Positions 18,865 through 28,814 of a DNA stretch of 64,000 nucleotides are shown here, in pieces. A program made the position numbers and the translations under genes. This stretch comes from an uncultured delta proteobacterium (GTDB taxonomy: Bacteria; Desulfobacterota; Syntrophia; Syntrophales; UBA2185): positions 32,001 to 96,000 of the forward strand of contig CAVSPA010000003.1 of the NCBI GenBank assembly GCA_963729715.1, in the 5' to 3' direction. Below the pieces are notes generated by a model. The model was not told the DNA's origin and did not search any database. It was given only the letters and a program-made list of their open reading frames with translations. Each line of letters begins with the position of its first letter. The first letter of the stretch is position 1.

Positions 18865-20465
18865 TAAAGCTGCCCGCCACGATCGTCCCTATCTTTCCGC
18901 GTCCCCACCCGCTCCGAGTAGCGCCTCAGCAGGAGATCTTCCTGCAACAGTTCCGTGCCACTGCGTCCGATGTAAAATTCCTCTTCCACCTTCTGAATCA
19001 TCTCGAGATAATTAGAACGAGCAATTTCCCTTACCACGAGCCTTTGGACCAGATTATTCCCCAGTCTCTTAAACACCGGCATGATTTTTCCGCGTCTTCC
19101 AAGAATCCTGACGGCATCAGTGAAAGAGGTAGCTTCCAGATTAAATTCCATGATCTTCTTTTGGAGGGCGGATGGCTTCATATGTTTGGGGTAGAATATT
19201 ACAAATTCGCCATTACAGTAATCGATGACTGCCCGTCCAAAATGGGCAAATTCATCCCAAAGAAAATAGCGGTGCGCAGGCATAAACTGATCCGGTGATT
19301 CGGGTATCTGACTTAATGGAGAGACCCTCCATTTTTCGATTCCCGTCTCGTTGATAAAGTGACGGATTCTCTCGAACGTGTCTAAATCATCTGTGTCATA
19401 TCCCACAATAAATAGGCCCGTTATCGCAAACCCATGTTCATGAAATACATCCATGGCCTTTCTGTTAGTATCGGAAGACGTTTTCTTCCTAAAATCACGC
19501 AGGGTCCGGTCATTTACAGACTCTATCCCGACACTCAGACTGGACACCCCCGCCTGCCTCATGACTTCGAGCAACTTCCGATCCTCACAGATATCGGCCC
19601 GCACTAGGAGACTCACTTTTATCGGGGTTTTAATTCTGGCAAGGGCCTCGAAAAACATATGCGATCCTTTGTCAAAGGGCAAAGCTGCCGTTGGATCCTC
19701 GAACATCACTCTGCGAATACTTGACCTCGCAATGTGTTCCTGGAGATACGCAATGGCACTTTCGATACTGCGCCTCCGATAGCCATTTCCTTGCGAAATA
19801 CGCGACGTGGGACAAAAGGAGCAGTTGTACGGACATCCCCTGGTGCCCTGAAACATAAGGAGGGGCAACATTTTGTTCTGCAGGATCCAGACAAGCGGAA
19901 GGTGCCTGAAGATAAACCCCTGAACAGTCTCGTCATAGCCAACAACCAGAGAAAGATCGGGTATGTTGTCAAAAGACTCACAAACCTGATTCTTAGCGAG
20001 AGAGGCATTGAAGGTGTGCCCAGTTTCATTTCCTTCCGAATCAAGGGTCCTTAGAAGCTGGAGGAAAGCCTCCTCAGATTCACCGCGCAGTGTGTAATCG
20101 AAAAACGGAGAAACCCGTGATTCGCCGCCGAAAGTAATATGTTCTCCCCCAAGTACCGTGACTACCCGGCGGCCAAGCTTTTCAGCCTCGCTCTTAACAG
20201 CGGCCACGATCTCTTCGGCTCTGGGCATTGCCGCACTCTTACAGGAAAAGCCAATTACATCAAAATCCCGAGCAAGCTCTTGAGGCGATACCCGAAGGCG
20301 GAGTTCTTCATTGAAAAGCCGGACAAAATATCCTGCCTCCCGCGTCACGGAAGCTACCTGCAAAGGTCCATACCGCTGCGTCCAGAGCGCACCTGTGAGG
20401 AAGAATAAATTCTTCGCCGGTACCACAATAGCAACGCGAAGCCTCGGAGACAAACCGTCATTCAT
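18837..20465 (-). CDS. B12-binding-domain radical SAM protein
   Basis: GFSCKS and VLGGEH in the N-domain; RGCPYNCSFC; VGIES; FIVGYDTD. Confidence 0.88.
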   Translation of the reverse strand: MNDGLSPRLRVAIVVPAKNLFFLTGALWTQRYGPLQVASVTREAGYFVRLFNEELRLRVSPQELARDFDVIGFSCKSAAMPRAEEIVAAVKSEAEKLGRRVVTVLGGEHITFGGESRVSPFFDYTLRGESEEAFLQLLRTLDSEGNETGHTFNASLAKNQVCESFDNIPDLSLVVGYDETVQGFIFRHLPLVWILQNKMLPLLMFQGTRGCPYNCSFCPTSRISQGNGYRRRSIESAIAYLQEHIARSSIRRVMFEDPTAALPFDKGSHMFFEALARIKTPIKVSLLVRADICEDRKLLEVMRQAGVSSLSVGIESVNDRTLRDFRKKTSSDTNRKAMDVFHEHGFAITGLFIVGYDTDDLDTFERIRHFINETGIEKWRVSPLSQIPESPDQFMPAHRYFLWDEFAHFGRAVIDYCNGEFVIFYPKHMKPSALQKKIMEFNLEATSFTDAVRILGRRGKIMPVFKRLGNNLVQRLVVREIARSNYLEMIQKVEEEFYIGRSGTELLQEDLLLRRYSERVGTRKDRDDRGGQLYQASSARDF

Positions 20466-20550
20466 TCAGAATCAGACCATTCCGTGGGAAGACTGCCCTA
20501 AATATTTGCTTACACTTTTCCGGCTGTAAATTATCAGCATTTAATAAAGA

Positions 20551-21882
20551 TCAGTAGAGGAATTTTTGTGGGTTTAGTGAGCAAAAGCGCTCCTTGTCCT
20601 GTCCCGTGAAATGCTTTGTTTGGACGAAAGTACTGAGGTAGTCGTTGTATGAATCGACCCGCGCGAGGCAGATCATAAAATCCGATCCGAAGAGGATCTT
20701 GTTTTTGAGATCGTAATTCAACTCTTTGGATTTTATCTCGATTAACTGCTTCAAATTCTTGTAATCTTTGTCTCTAAATTCATCGTATGAAAAATCCGTG
20801 TAAACGTTGTCGTAAGTCGCGATGAGCTTCAAAACAATATCGGCCCACGATTTTTGACTATAGGAAAATAAACCCTTCTGTTTACCCATGTGTGCGAGGT
20901 TCAGTTTCAGCATGTGATATTTTTTTTCGCTCAGGACTTTGCACCATTTCTCTGGCGAAGAACGTCGTTGAGTAGCGAGCATTGAGTCGACCATGAAGCC
21001 GCCGTTGTTGCAATGCGTTGTTATGGGAATTTTCTTTTCACAGCAGAACCCGTACAGGAACTCCACCTTGTTCTTTTCTTTGTGACTTATCGGCCAAGGA
21101 TCGAACCCAAGAGGGGGATAGACTTTGACGCCTGCAAAAAAATTACTGCCCATTTCATCGATGTTCCCGGTAAACTTGCCCATGTTCTCACGAAGGGCGG
21201 TTTCATTTCCCGCGTAATTGCCGAAATATTTGTTGAGCAATTGTTCCAGTTCCTGGTATTCGTACCACTGGGGATTTAACCCAAGAAAGGGATAAATTTC
21301 GAACATGCCGTCGGGATTCTTCCTGACATATGTTCTTATACCGTTGAATAGATCTGTAACCTGTTGGGCGATTGGCTTGCGGATCGGCTCGGACCCATAT
21401 GGCAAAAGCTCACTAATAATATTCTTCAATCCGAAGTCAATCACCAGCGGCGCAAGAACGATTCTGTTATATTCCACGCCATTTATATCTATCTTTCCGT
21501 TATATTCTTTTCTTAGTACTTTCTCGGTGAGAAGAAAATAATTTCCCAAATCGTTTTCCATGAGAGCCAAAAGATTTAGGTGGCGCTTGAAGAGCCTGAC
21601 AAACAAGTCAACAAAAAGACCGGAAAATCTTGAAGGATATGTCAAGTGCAGGGTGAATATGAAAAAGACAAAAATTATCAAGGCAACCGGTAGAGAAACT
21701 GCAGAAGGCTTAAAGAAAGAATATGATAGACATAAAACAATTAAGACGAAAACTGACAAAAGGGGAAAAGCATGGTCCCGAATGTACCTCTTAATGAATG
21801 CGCTGAGGTCCGGATGACTCAGGTTGAAAGCATGCATGTGTACATCGTAAAATTTTTTTCCGCTTTTCTCTTTCATTGTCAA
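20551..21882 (-). CDS. Amidohydrolase-family metallohydrolase with a two-TM insertion
   Basis: DVHMH, GVKVYPPLG, ITTHC, LNLAHMG, VYTDFS, LFGSDF. Confidence 0.8.
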   Translation of the reverse strand: MTMKEKSGKKFYDVHMHAFNLSHPDLSAFIKRYIRDHAFPLLSVFVLIVLCLSYSFFKPSAVSLPVALIIFVFFIFTLHLTYPSRFSGLFVDLFVRLFKRHLNLLALMENDLGNYFLLTEKVLRKEYNGKIDINGVEYNRIVLAPLVIDFGLKNIISELLPYGSEPIRKPIAQQVTDLFNGIRTYVRKNPDGMFEIYPFLGLNPQWYEYQELEQLLNKYFGNYAGNETALRENMGKFTGNIDEMGSNFFAGVKVYPPLGFDPWPISHKEKNKVEFLYGFCCEKKIPITTHCNNGGFMVDSMLATQRRSSPEKWCKVLSEKKYHMLKLNLAHMGKQKGLFSYSQKSWADIVLKLIATYDNVYTDFSYDEFRDKDYKNLKQLIEIKSKELNYDLKNKILFGSDFMICLARVDSYNDYLSTFVQTKHFTGQDKERFCSLNPQKFLY

Positions 21883-22211
21883 TTCGTTGCCTCATCCCTT
21901 GATGAGGCATTCTTTTAATAAGCGAACATAGTTTAATACATTGCTCCCCCATCAAGAGGTCTGTCCCGTTACCCGCCTGACGGAATGCCTATCAATATAT
22001 AAAACAGAAGAACACTGAATCTGTGAGATAGTTAGAGAGTAATTTCGTGTGAGGGTTATAGATGCCCCGAGGGATTTCAAGAATACTCTTTTGTTAACAG
22101 GAAGGAGCATCCTATCGACTGTAAGATAGAGGACAATTTGATGAAAATCAAGGAGAAAATGAGGAGACTCTGGCATATTTCACACAGTCTCAGGATTACA
22201 GTCAGTAAGGA

Positions 22212-22433
22212 TTATCCTTTGAAAAAGTAGATATCAGACATAGTCGTCAGGTACTTGATGCAATGATTATGCATGGCTGCCTGCACTTTCCTGATCTCTT
22301 CCAATAATTCTCGCTTGCTGACAATACCTTTCTTATCAAGAATATTGATGAGGACTTCGGATTGAATTACTTCGGACATGAGTAGCTCTTTTAGGTCAAC
22401 CGTCTCTTTCTTATCAGGTTCTTTGGCCATCAT
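22212..22433 (-). CDS. Small hypothetical protein, paralog of 10497..10673
   Basis: Shared LMxEVIxSExxINxLDKKG motif. Confidence 0.65.
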   Translation of the reverse strand: MMAKEPDKKETVDLKELLMSEVIQSEVLINILDKKGIVSKRELLEEIRKVQAAMHNHCIKYLTTMSDIYFFKG

Positions 22434-23202
22434 TTCTCTTTTGCAAATTCAGCCAGTCGTAAACATATTGAGCGATCTCCTCCCATCCTCGTTCACCAAT
22501 AACCCAATGACTGTGGTTCGGAAATTCTTTGAATGTGGAAACGGCCCCGTATTTATTAGCTGTCTTTCTCACCACGGAAGACGGTGTAATGCGATCTTCT
22601 GATCCTGCGATAACCAACACCGGACAGGTCACCTTCGATTCATCCACAAATGTGGCCTTCCTCGGATCAAATAACCAGAACCCTATCTCAGCCGCAGCCC
22701 GTCCGGACTCATACACGAAATGCCGATATGCCTCTCTCTGTTCCTCTTCTGATAATAAGTGCATCATGGAATATACCGCTTCATCAAACGTCTGCCTCAT
22801 GGGATTCTTCCAGAATCCCCACTTAGTTAGAACACTCCAGAAGCTCTTGATGACGGAGAATCTTAAAGCAAGAACGCCGCGGGGTGATGCGGGGGTCAGA
22901 AGGACGAGCGACTGCGCAAGTCCCCTGCTCCCGAGAAGTTGAGCGAGCAGACCACCCATGGAATGACCCATAAGAATGGGTGAGGAGTCGAGTTGCTTAA
23001 TTTCTCTTTCAAGATCACCGGCATAATCGAGGACGCTCGTGGTTCCGAGCTGTCGGCGAGGATCAGATTGGGGATCAACGTCATGATATCGCAAGTTTGG
23101 TGTTACACAGCGATATCCTCTGCTCTCGAAGAACTGTTTATAGTATCTCCAGTCCCAGTCATTCCCCCACATGCCGTGGATCATCATGATTGTCTGCTGC
23201 AC
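22414..23202 (-). CDS. Alpha/beta hydrolase
   Basis: IHGMW, GHSMGG nucleophile elbow, GSEDRIT, HSH; GTG start after GAGGGTGG. Confidence 0.9.
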   Translation of the reverse strand: MQQTIMMIHGMWGNDWDWRYYKQFFESRGYRCVTPNLRYHDVDPQSDPRRQLGTTSVLDYAGDLEREIKQLDSSPILMGHSMGGLLAQLLGSRGLAQSLVLLTPASPRGVLALRFSVIKSFWSVLTKWGFWKNPMRQTFDEAVYSMMHLLSEEEQREAYRHFVYESGRAAAEIGFWLFDPRKATFVDESKVTCPVLVIAGSEDRITPSSVVRKTANKYGAVSTFKEFPNHSHWVIGERGWEEIAQYVYDWLNLQKRNDGQRT

Positions 23203-23732
23203 TTATCCACCCTCTCTAATATTTCCCAGAATGTTCCTTGTGCACGTAAGTCGATTTCGTAAAGGAAGAAGAGCACGACGACGTGGTAGTAGTTTTCTCA
23301 GAAATTGAAATCGAGAAACTTCTGGAGGTTCAGATGATATATCGTAACAAATGTTACTTCGTATTTCTGAGAATGCAATACAAAACAATGCTAGAAAAAT
23401 ACTATAAAAAATATGATGAAATATTAATGTGTGAGAGTCAGAACTTGACTTTACTAACAGTGTGAAGATTAAGAAGTACTTCCTGTTAATTGTTAATTGA
23501 CGGATATTGGAGAATATGCAATATTTCAATTGGTAATGACTACCTCTACCCGTTATTTATGTTATGCGCCACGAATGCTGACGTGGGAATCGCTTCAATT
23601 AATAAACACCACTTTTTTTATCAATTCCAGATATCATCTCAAACCAGTTGTGGAAATGAATTAAGAAAAAAATCTGTTTCAATGAAGCTCAAAAAGGCAA
23701 AACATAATTTGCCGGGAAGAAGGCCTCTAATT

Positions 23733-24854
23733 ATGTGGAACTGGAAATGCATATTGGCGGCGGGATTGCTGGTGATTCTCGCCTGCACTCTTTCGTGCGG
23801 GCCCTACCGTGATGTCCAGGATTTGCCATGTACGGGTACAGGGGAAAAGCCTCAAAAATGCATTGTGGATATGCACTGCCATGTTGCCGGCATCGGCGCG
23901 GGTGGAAGCGGATGCTTTATCTCCCATGAGTTTCAGAAGAATTGGCGCTTCTGGTTGAGGGGTTTTGGAGTTTCCGAGCGGGAATTATGGGAAAAGGGTG
24001 ACGGCCTGGTGGTGGATCGTCTATCCGAGTTGCTCTACCGAAGTGACTTCGTTGAGAAGGCTGTTGTTCTGGCACTGGATGGTGTGGTGACTGATGGTTT
24101 GCTTGATACATCTCGAACCCAGGTCTATGTTCCCAATGAGTTTGTGGCAGACGCTGTGGACAGGGTGGCTAAGGACAAGAAGAACCTGCTTTTCGGAGCT
24201 TCCGTGAACCCGTACAGAAAGGATGCTCTTAATCGCCTGGTTTTAGCAAAGAGGAGAGGTGCCGTCCTCGTGAAGTGGGTTCCCTCAATCATGAATATCG
24301 ATCCAAGTGATCCTAAGATTAAACCTTTCTACAAAAAACTGGTCGAGCTCAATCTTCCACTGCTGACTCATACCGGAAAAGAGAATTCATTGCCCCACAC
24401 GAATGACGAGCTTTCTGACCCCGAGAGATTGCGCCTGCCTTTAAGCATGGGTGTGAAGGTTATTGCGGCACATATCGCTTCAACCGGATCCTATCAGGGC
24501 GAGTGCAGCACCGACCGGCTCGTACGGGTGATGAAGGACTACCCCGATACACTGTACTCAGATATCTCCTCGCTTACGCAGTTGGACAAGCCGGGATACA
24601 TGAAAGATGCCCTGACCCGGCCGGAATTTTCAGGCAAGTTATTTTATGGTTCGGACTTTCCCCTGATTAACATGCCCCTTCTCGTATCGCCAGTGTATCA
24701 GATCTACAGGCTGACCCCATGGCAGATCATATCCATAATCTCTAATATAAACAATCCATGGGACAGGGACGTCAAAATCAAGCAGGCTTTGGGTACTCCT
24801 GCAGATTTATTTGCCCGATCCAGGGAATTCCTCAAGAGCAGGCCCGTTTATTGA
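23733..24854 (+). CDS. Amidohydrolase family lipoprotein
   Basis: Lipobox TLSC; DMHCH, LLTHTG, IAAH, YSDIS, YGSDFP; start uncertain (23682 or 23733). Confidence 0.8.
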   Translation: MWNWKCILAAGLLVILACTLSCGPYRDVQDLPCTGTGEKPQKCIVDMHCHVAGIGAGGSGCFISHEFQKNWRFWLRGFGVSERELWEKGDGLVVDRLSELLYRSDFVEKAVVLALDGVVTDGLLDTSRTQVYVPNEFVADAVDRVAKDKKNLLFGASVNPYRKDALNRLVLAKRRGAVLVKWVPSIMNIDPSDPKIKPFYKKLVELNLPLLTHTGKENSLPHTNDELSDPERLRLPLSMGVKVIAAHIASTGSYQGECSTDRLVRVMKDYPDTLYSDISSLTQLDKPGYMKDALTRPEFSGKLFYGSDFPLINMPLLVSPVYQIYRLTPWQIISIISNINNPWDRDVKIKQALGTPADLFARSREFLKSRPVY

Positions 24855-25483
24855 AGATTACGATCTTCCTTCAAGCCGAGTTCTATTTTCATATGCTATT
24901 TGCTCATAAAGCCTTATATGGAGAATCGAAAAATAGAGCAAAGAAAAAAGAGAAGACTTCTAAAATGTATTACATGTCATAGGGTATTTCCCCTGTAAAT
25001 AAAAACCTAATAAGTTGATATTATCAAACTCACCATAAAGGTGTCGGCAAGTCTATTTTGATTATTTTTTGTGAGGGCTGGCCGTCATGAATGTTTCGCT
25101 TGTAATGGTGAGCGGAAGAGTTTCATTGATCATTGGTTCTCAAATTCGAGCCGATATCGGTGCCGGCAGACATATACCTGCGGGAATTGTTCATCAATGA
25201 TACTGTTTCGATTGAAACAGGCACTAATATCTGTTTGAACGATTCATTGCAGGCACTCTCCGTTAGTACAAGCTATACCGCGGCCATAATCATGGCATTG
25301 TAAGTCAGTCAATTTAGCGAGATGTTTCTTGCCGTCCCCTTTGTTTCCCATGAATTAAGTATTCCAAGAATCCCGACTACTTATCTGCAATGGAAAATTC
25401 ATTTGGGAATTAATGATTATACTTTGAAATATTAAATAAAGAAGGCAGGGCCTTTGAAACTTCATTGATGATTCATGAAAATC

Positions 25484-25627
25484 AAACCCTGGATACCCCG
25501 TGCGGAAGCACGGGGAGGAAAGGGTTTCCGTTCTTTAGGAATTGAGTATCATAAGCATGAAGAAAAGCTCCCAAACAGTTAGATTTTGAGTTTTAATGCC
25601 CCGTGCGGAAGCACGGGGTTCTTTACT
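25484..25627 (+). mobile_element. Second IS200/IS605-like miniature element (two identical hairpins)
   Basis: CCCCGTGCGGAAGCACGGGG at 25496-25515 and 25599-25618, the second followed by TTCTTTAC. Confidence 0.55.
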
Positions 25628-25629
25628 TA

Positions 25630-25790
25630 AAATAAAAAAAGGGTGGATGGTAAAAGGAGGGAAGAAGGAACCATCCACCCGCTCGCTATATAGACTGAAA
25701 GGGATCAAGAATGCTGACCCCCTCTCAGAATCTCTGGGAAGGGGTCGATGGATGGCAAAGGAGGGAAGGGACACCATCCATCGATCTCAA
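25630..25790 (-). ncRNA. Structured RNA/3'UTR with two CUUCCCUCCUUU loops, ending in an intrinsic terminator
   Basis: Hairpins 25641-25680, 25717-25746 and 25746-25783; U-run after the last hairpin on the minus strand. Confidence 0.55.
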
Positions 25791-25805
25791 AGAATACATG
25801 TATGG

Positions 25806-26039
25806 CTAAGTCTCATCAGTAAAAAAGTCGGGAAGAAAAAATGCTACACTTTGGTCGTCGAACTTTAATTCGCTTTCTTTTTTTTCCTGGGTTTGTTCTT
25901 TCGCTGCCGTTTGTTCTATACTGCCGCCTTTTTCTTCCGATATGAAAAAATTATATACAAACCCAAATTCTGGATGATGTGACAGCGTCTCTTCCTGATG
26001 ACTGTTCTCCGAGTTAGGTTCTTTATCCTCCTTTACCAT
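25806..26039 (-). CDS. Small acidic hypothetical protein
   Basis: 77-aa ORF downstream of a sigma54-like promoter; weak SD. Confidence 0.4.
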   Translation of the reverse strand: MVKEDKEPNSENSHQEETLSHHPEFGFVYNFFISEEKGGSIEQTAAKEQTQEKKESELKFDDQSVAFFLPDFFTDET

Positions 26040-26168
26040 TTTTCTTCTTCTATAAAAGTACTATAAACACGGAGAAACCCCTGAGACTTACCTTTCATTA
26101 ATCTTATAGATTACTCCTAAAGGTTTCTTCCAGCCTGCAGAGGTTTCTTCACTCTGGATTAACTGTTT

Positions 26169-26185
26169 TGCAAAACGAATGCCAA
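26169..26185 (-). promoter_or_regulatory. Sigma54 -24/-12 promoter
   Basis: TTGGCATTCGTTTTGCA on the minus strand (GG-N10-GC). Confidence 0.6.
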
Positions 26186-26671
26186 TCTGAGGCTGACGGT
26201 CTGTAAATGCTTTATCGGATAATTGAAATATATAAAATTATCTATAGATACAACTAACTACGAATATTATTAATAGGAATTCCATTGAGTAATATTGCAG
26301 CAGAATAATGAATCAACACCATCCGTAATTCTAAAATCGTGCGATTGTCACACGACTAGAAGCGTCAAATGTGATATGGATACGCCAGAAGCGTAGGTTC
26401 CAGCATATGTGCATATATGGCACGTAACGTGCGTCAAACGCACATCAATATACCCGCTGTACGCAGGAATAAGCGGAGTGTCCGCACAAGGGGCAGTAGA
26501 GTTGGCAGCAAACCGGAAGATGGCAATTTGCAGTTGTTCAGTACACAAATCCTTAAAATCATTATACACTGATGAGTGAAGATTACAGGTTGAAAGAGAT
26601 TGTCCACTTGGGATGAAAAATGCCCTCTATCGCAGAGCATAAGGGGAAAACAGCGGTTTTTTCACCGCGGG

Positions 26672-28756
26672 CTATTTGGAATAAAATCCTTTTCCTTCTT
26701 CAGCCAGTTTGGCAAGAAGAGGTGAAGGTGTCCAATACTCTGCGCCGACTATGCCTTTATATTTCAGAATTGCTTCGTAAATCTTTTTTAATCCCACCTG
26801 GTCAGCGTAGAACATGGGACCGCCCAGATATACAGGGAATCCGTAGCCGTAAATCCAGACGACATCAATATCCAGAGGCCGCGCTGCTATCCCCTCCTCC
26901 AGAATTTTTGCTCCTTCATTGATCATCGAATAAATAGCACGCTCCAGTATCTCCTGATCGGTAATCGCGCGTCTTTTGATACCGACTTCCTGAGAGTGCT
27001 TAACGATCAGCTCCTCAATCAGCGGATCGGGAGTGGCGTTGCGCTTATCGTCGTATTTGTAAAATCCGGCGCCGGTCTTCTGACCATAGCGTCCCATCCC
27101 GCAGATTTTATCGAGGATAGTGTTTGCTTTTTCTCTCGGAGTAAGCTGATCAAACTTGGCCTTACGGTTGCGCCAGCCGATATCCAACCCGGCCATATCA
27201 CCCATAGCATACGGTCCCATCGGGAAACCGAAATCGTAAATCACCTTGTCTATCTGTTGGGGGAGTGCTCCTTCTTCCAGCATGAAGCCGCACTCGCGGC
27301 TGCGCTTAGCCAACATCCGGTTGCCGACAAAGCCATCGCATACGCCTACCAGAACGGGAACTTTGCCGATCTTTTTCCCGATCTTCATAGCAGTTGTATA
27401 GACTTCGGGAGCGGTTTTGGTGCCGCGCACGTTTTCCAGAAGCTTCATCACATTGGCCGGACTGAAGAAATGCATGCCCATGACATCCTGCGGTCTTTTG
27501 GTTGTGGCGGCTATTTCGTCAACATTGAGGTAAGATGTATTTGAAGCGAGTATCGCGCCCGGTTTACATACGGCTTCGAGCTTGGCGAAAACATCTTTCT
27601 TCACAGCCATATCTTCAAACACAGCTTCGATGACCAGATCAACATCCTTCAAGTCTTCATAGGACAGAGTCGGTTTAATGAGCGCCATACGCCGATCCAT
27701 GACTTCCTGTTTGATAGAGCCCTTAGCGACTGTGTTGGCATAGTTTTTACGGATAATGCCGAGGCCCTTATCCGAGAATTCCTGTTTGACTTCCAGAAGC
27801 ACAACCGGGATGCCGGCGTTAACAAAGCTCATGGCGATTCCGCCGCCCATGGTTCCCGCACCAACAACGCCCACTGATCTGATCTCGCGGGTCGGGTAGT
27901 CATCAAGTAATCCGGGGATGCGGACGACTTCACGTTCGGAGAAAAAGACGTGCCGCTGAGCTCTGGATTGCAAAGAATCCTTCAATTCCAAGAATAATTC
28001 CCGCTCTCGCTTCATTCCTTCACTGAAGGATAATTTAGTTGCGGCTTCGACGGCCTTGATGCACTGGAAAGGAGCGAGAAAACCACGCTGTCTTCTGGCA
28101 ATGCTCTTGGTGTATTCATCAAAAACAGCCGGATTGTCGACTTTTGCCGTTAGCGTGCTGACTTTGCGGATGGGACGTTTTTCATCGATTATTTTCTGGG
28201 CGAAAGCCAGAGCCGCTGCTTTCAAATCGCCGCCAACTACTTCATCGATGATCCCCAGGGACTGGGCTTTAGCCGCGGTAATCGGCGAGCCTGATACAAT
28301 CATCTCTAATGCCGCCTGCACACCCGCCAAGCGGGGTAACCGCTGTGTTCCGCCTGCACCGGGTAGAAGCCCGAGCTTTACTTCCGGCAGTCCCATTTTT
28401 GCGCTGGCCAGCGCAATGCGGAAATGACAGCCAAGGGAGACTTCGAGCCCACCCCCCAGAGCTGTTCCGTGAATCGCTGCGATGACCGGCTTCGGAGAAT
28501 CTTCGATAAATTGGACGAGGTCAGGTAAAAACGGCTTCAGCGGCGGTTTGCCGAGTTCGCGGATATCAGCGCCGGCGATAAATGTGCGTTCCTCACATAT
28601 AATCACCATGGCTTTTACGTCTTCATCAGCTATGCCCTTTTCCACACTGGATTCTATTCCGGCGCGAACTGCTTGGGAAAGCGCGTTTACCGGCGGATTA
28701 TTAACCGAAATAATTCCTATACTCCCCTGCTTGGAAAAAGTAACATTCTCTGGCAT
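26672..28756 (-). CDS. Bifunctional enoyl-CoA hydratase / 3-hydroxyacyl-CoA dehydrogenase (FadB/FadN-like)
   Basis: [49 protein letters not shown]; start MPENV after GGGAG. Confidence 0.95.
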   Translation of the reverse strand: MPENVTFSKQGSIGIISVNNPPVNALSQAVRAGIESSVEKGIADEDVKAMVIICEERTFIAGADIRELGKPPLKPFLPDLVQFIEDSPKPVIAAIHGTALGGGLEVSLGCHFRIALASAKMGLPEVKLGLLPGAGGTQRLPRLAGVQAALEMIVSGSPITAAKAQSLGIIDEVVGGDLKAAALAFAQKIIDEKRPIRKVSTLTAKVDNPAVFDEYTKSIARRQRGFLAPFQCIKAVEAATKLSFSEGMKRERELFLELKDSLQSRAQRHVFFSEREVVRIPGLLDDYPTREIRSVGVVGAGTMGGGIAMSFVNAGIPVVLLEVKQEFSDKGLGIIRKNYANTVAKGSIKQEVMDRRMALIKPTLSYEDLKDVDLVIEAVFEDMAVKKDVFAKLEAVCKPGAILASNTSYLNVDEIAATTKRPQDVMGMHFFSPANVMKLLENVRGTKTAPEVYTTAMKIGKKIGKVPVLVGVCDGFVGNRMLAKRSRECGFMLEEGALPQQIDKVIYDFGFPMGPYAMGDMAGLDIGWRNRKAKFDQLTPREKANTILDKICGMGRYGQKTGAGFYKYDDKRNATPDPLIEELIVKHSQEVGIKRRAITDQEILERAIYSMINEGAKILEEGIAARPLDIDVVWIYGYGFPVYLGGPMFYADQVGLKKIYEAILKYKGIVGAEYWTPSPLLAKLAEEGKGFYSK

Positions 28757-28814
28757 ATAATTCTCCCTAATTTCTTTTTGATTTATGGTATCGGATTTTA
28801 ACATAGTTCTGAGA

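Noticed and set aside
23203..23529. AT-rich short ORFs between the hydrolase genes
   Set aside because: No SD or motifs; likely a divergent promoter region
26418..26432. Plus-strand sigma54-like TGGCACGTAACGTGC
   Set aside because: Imperfect -12 element and no credible downstream gene
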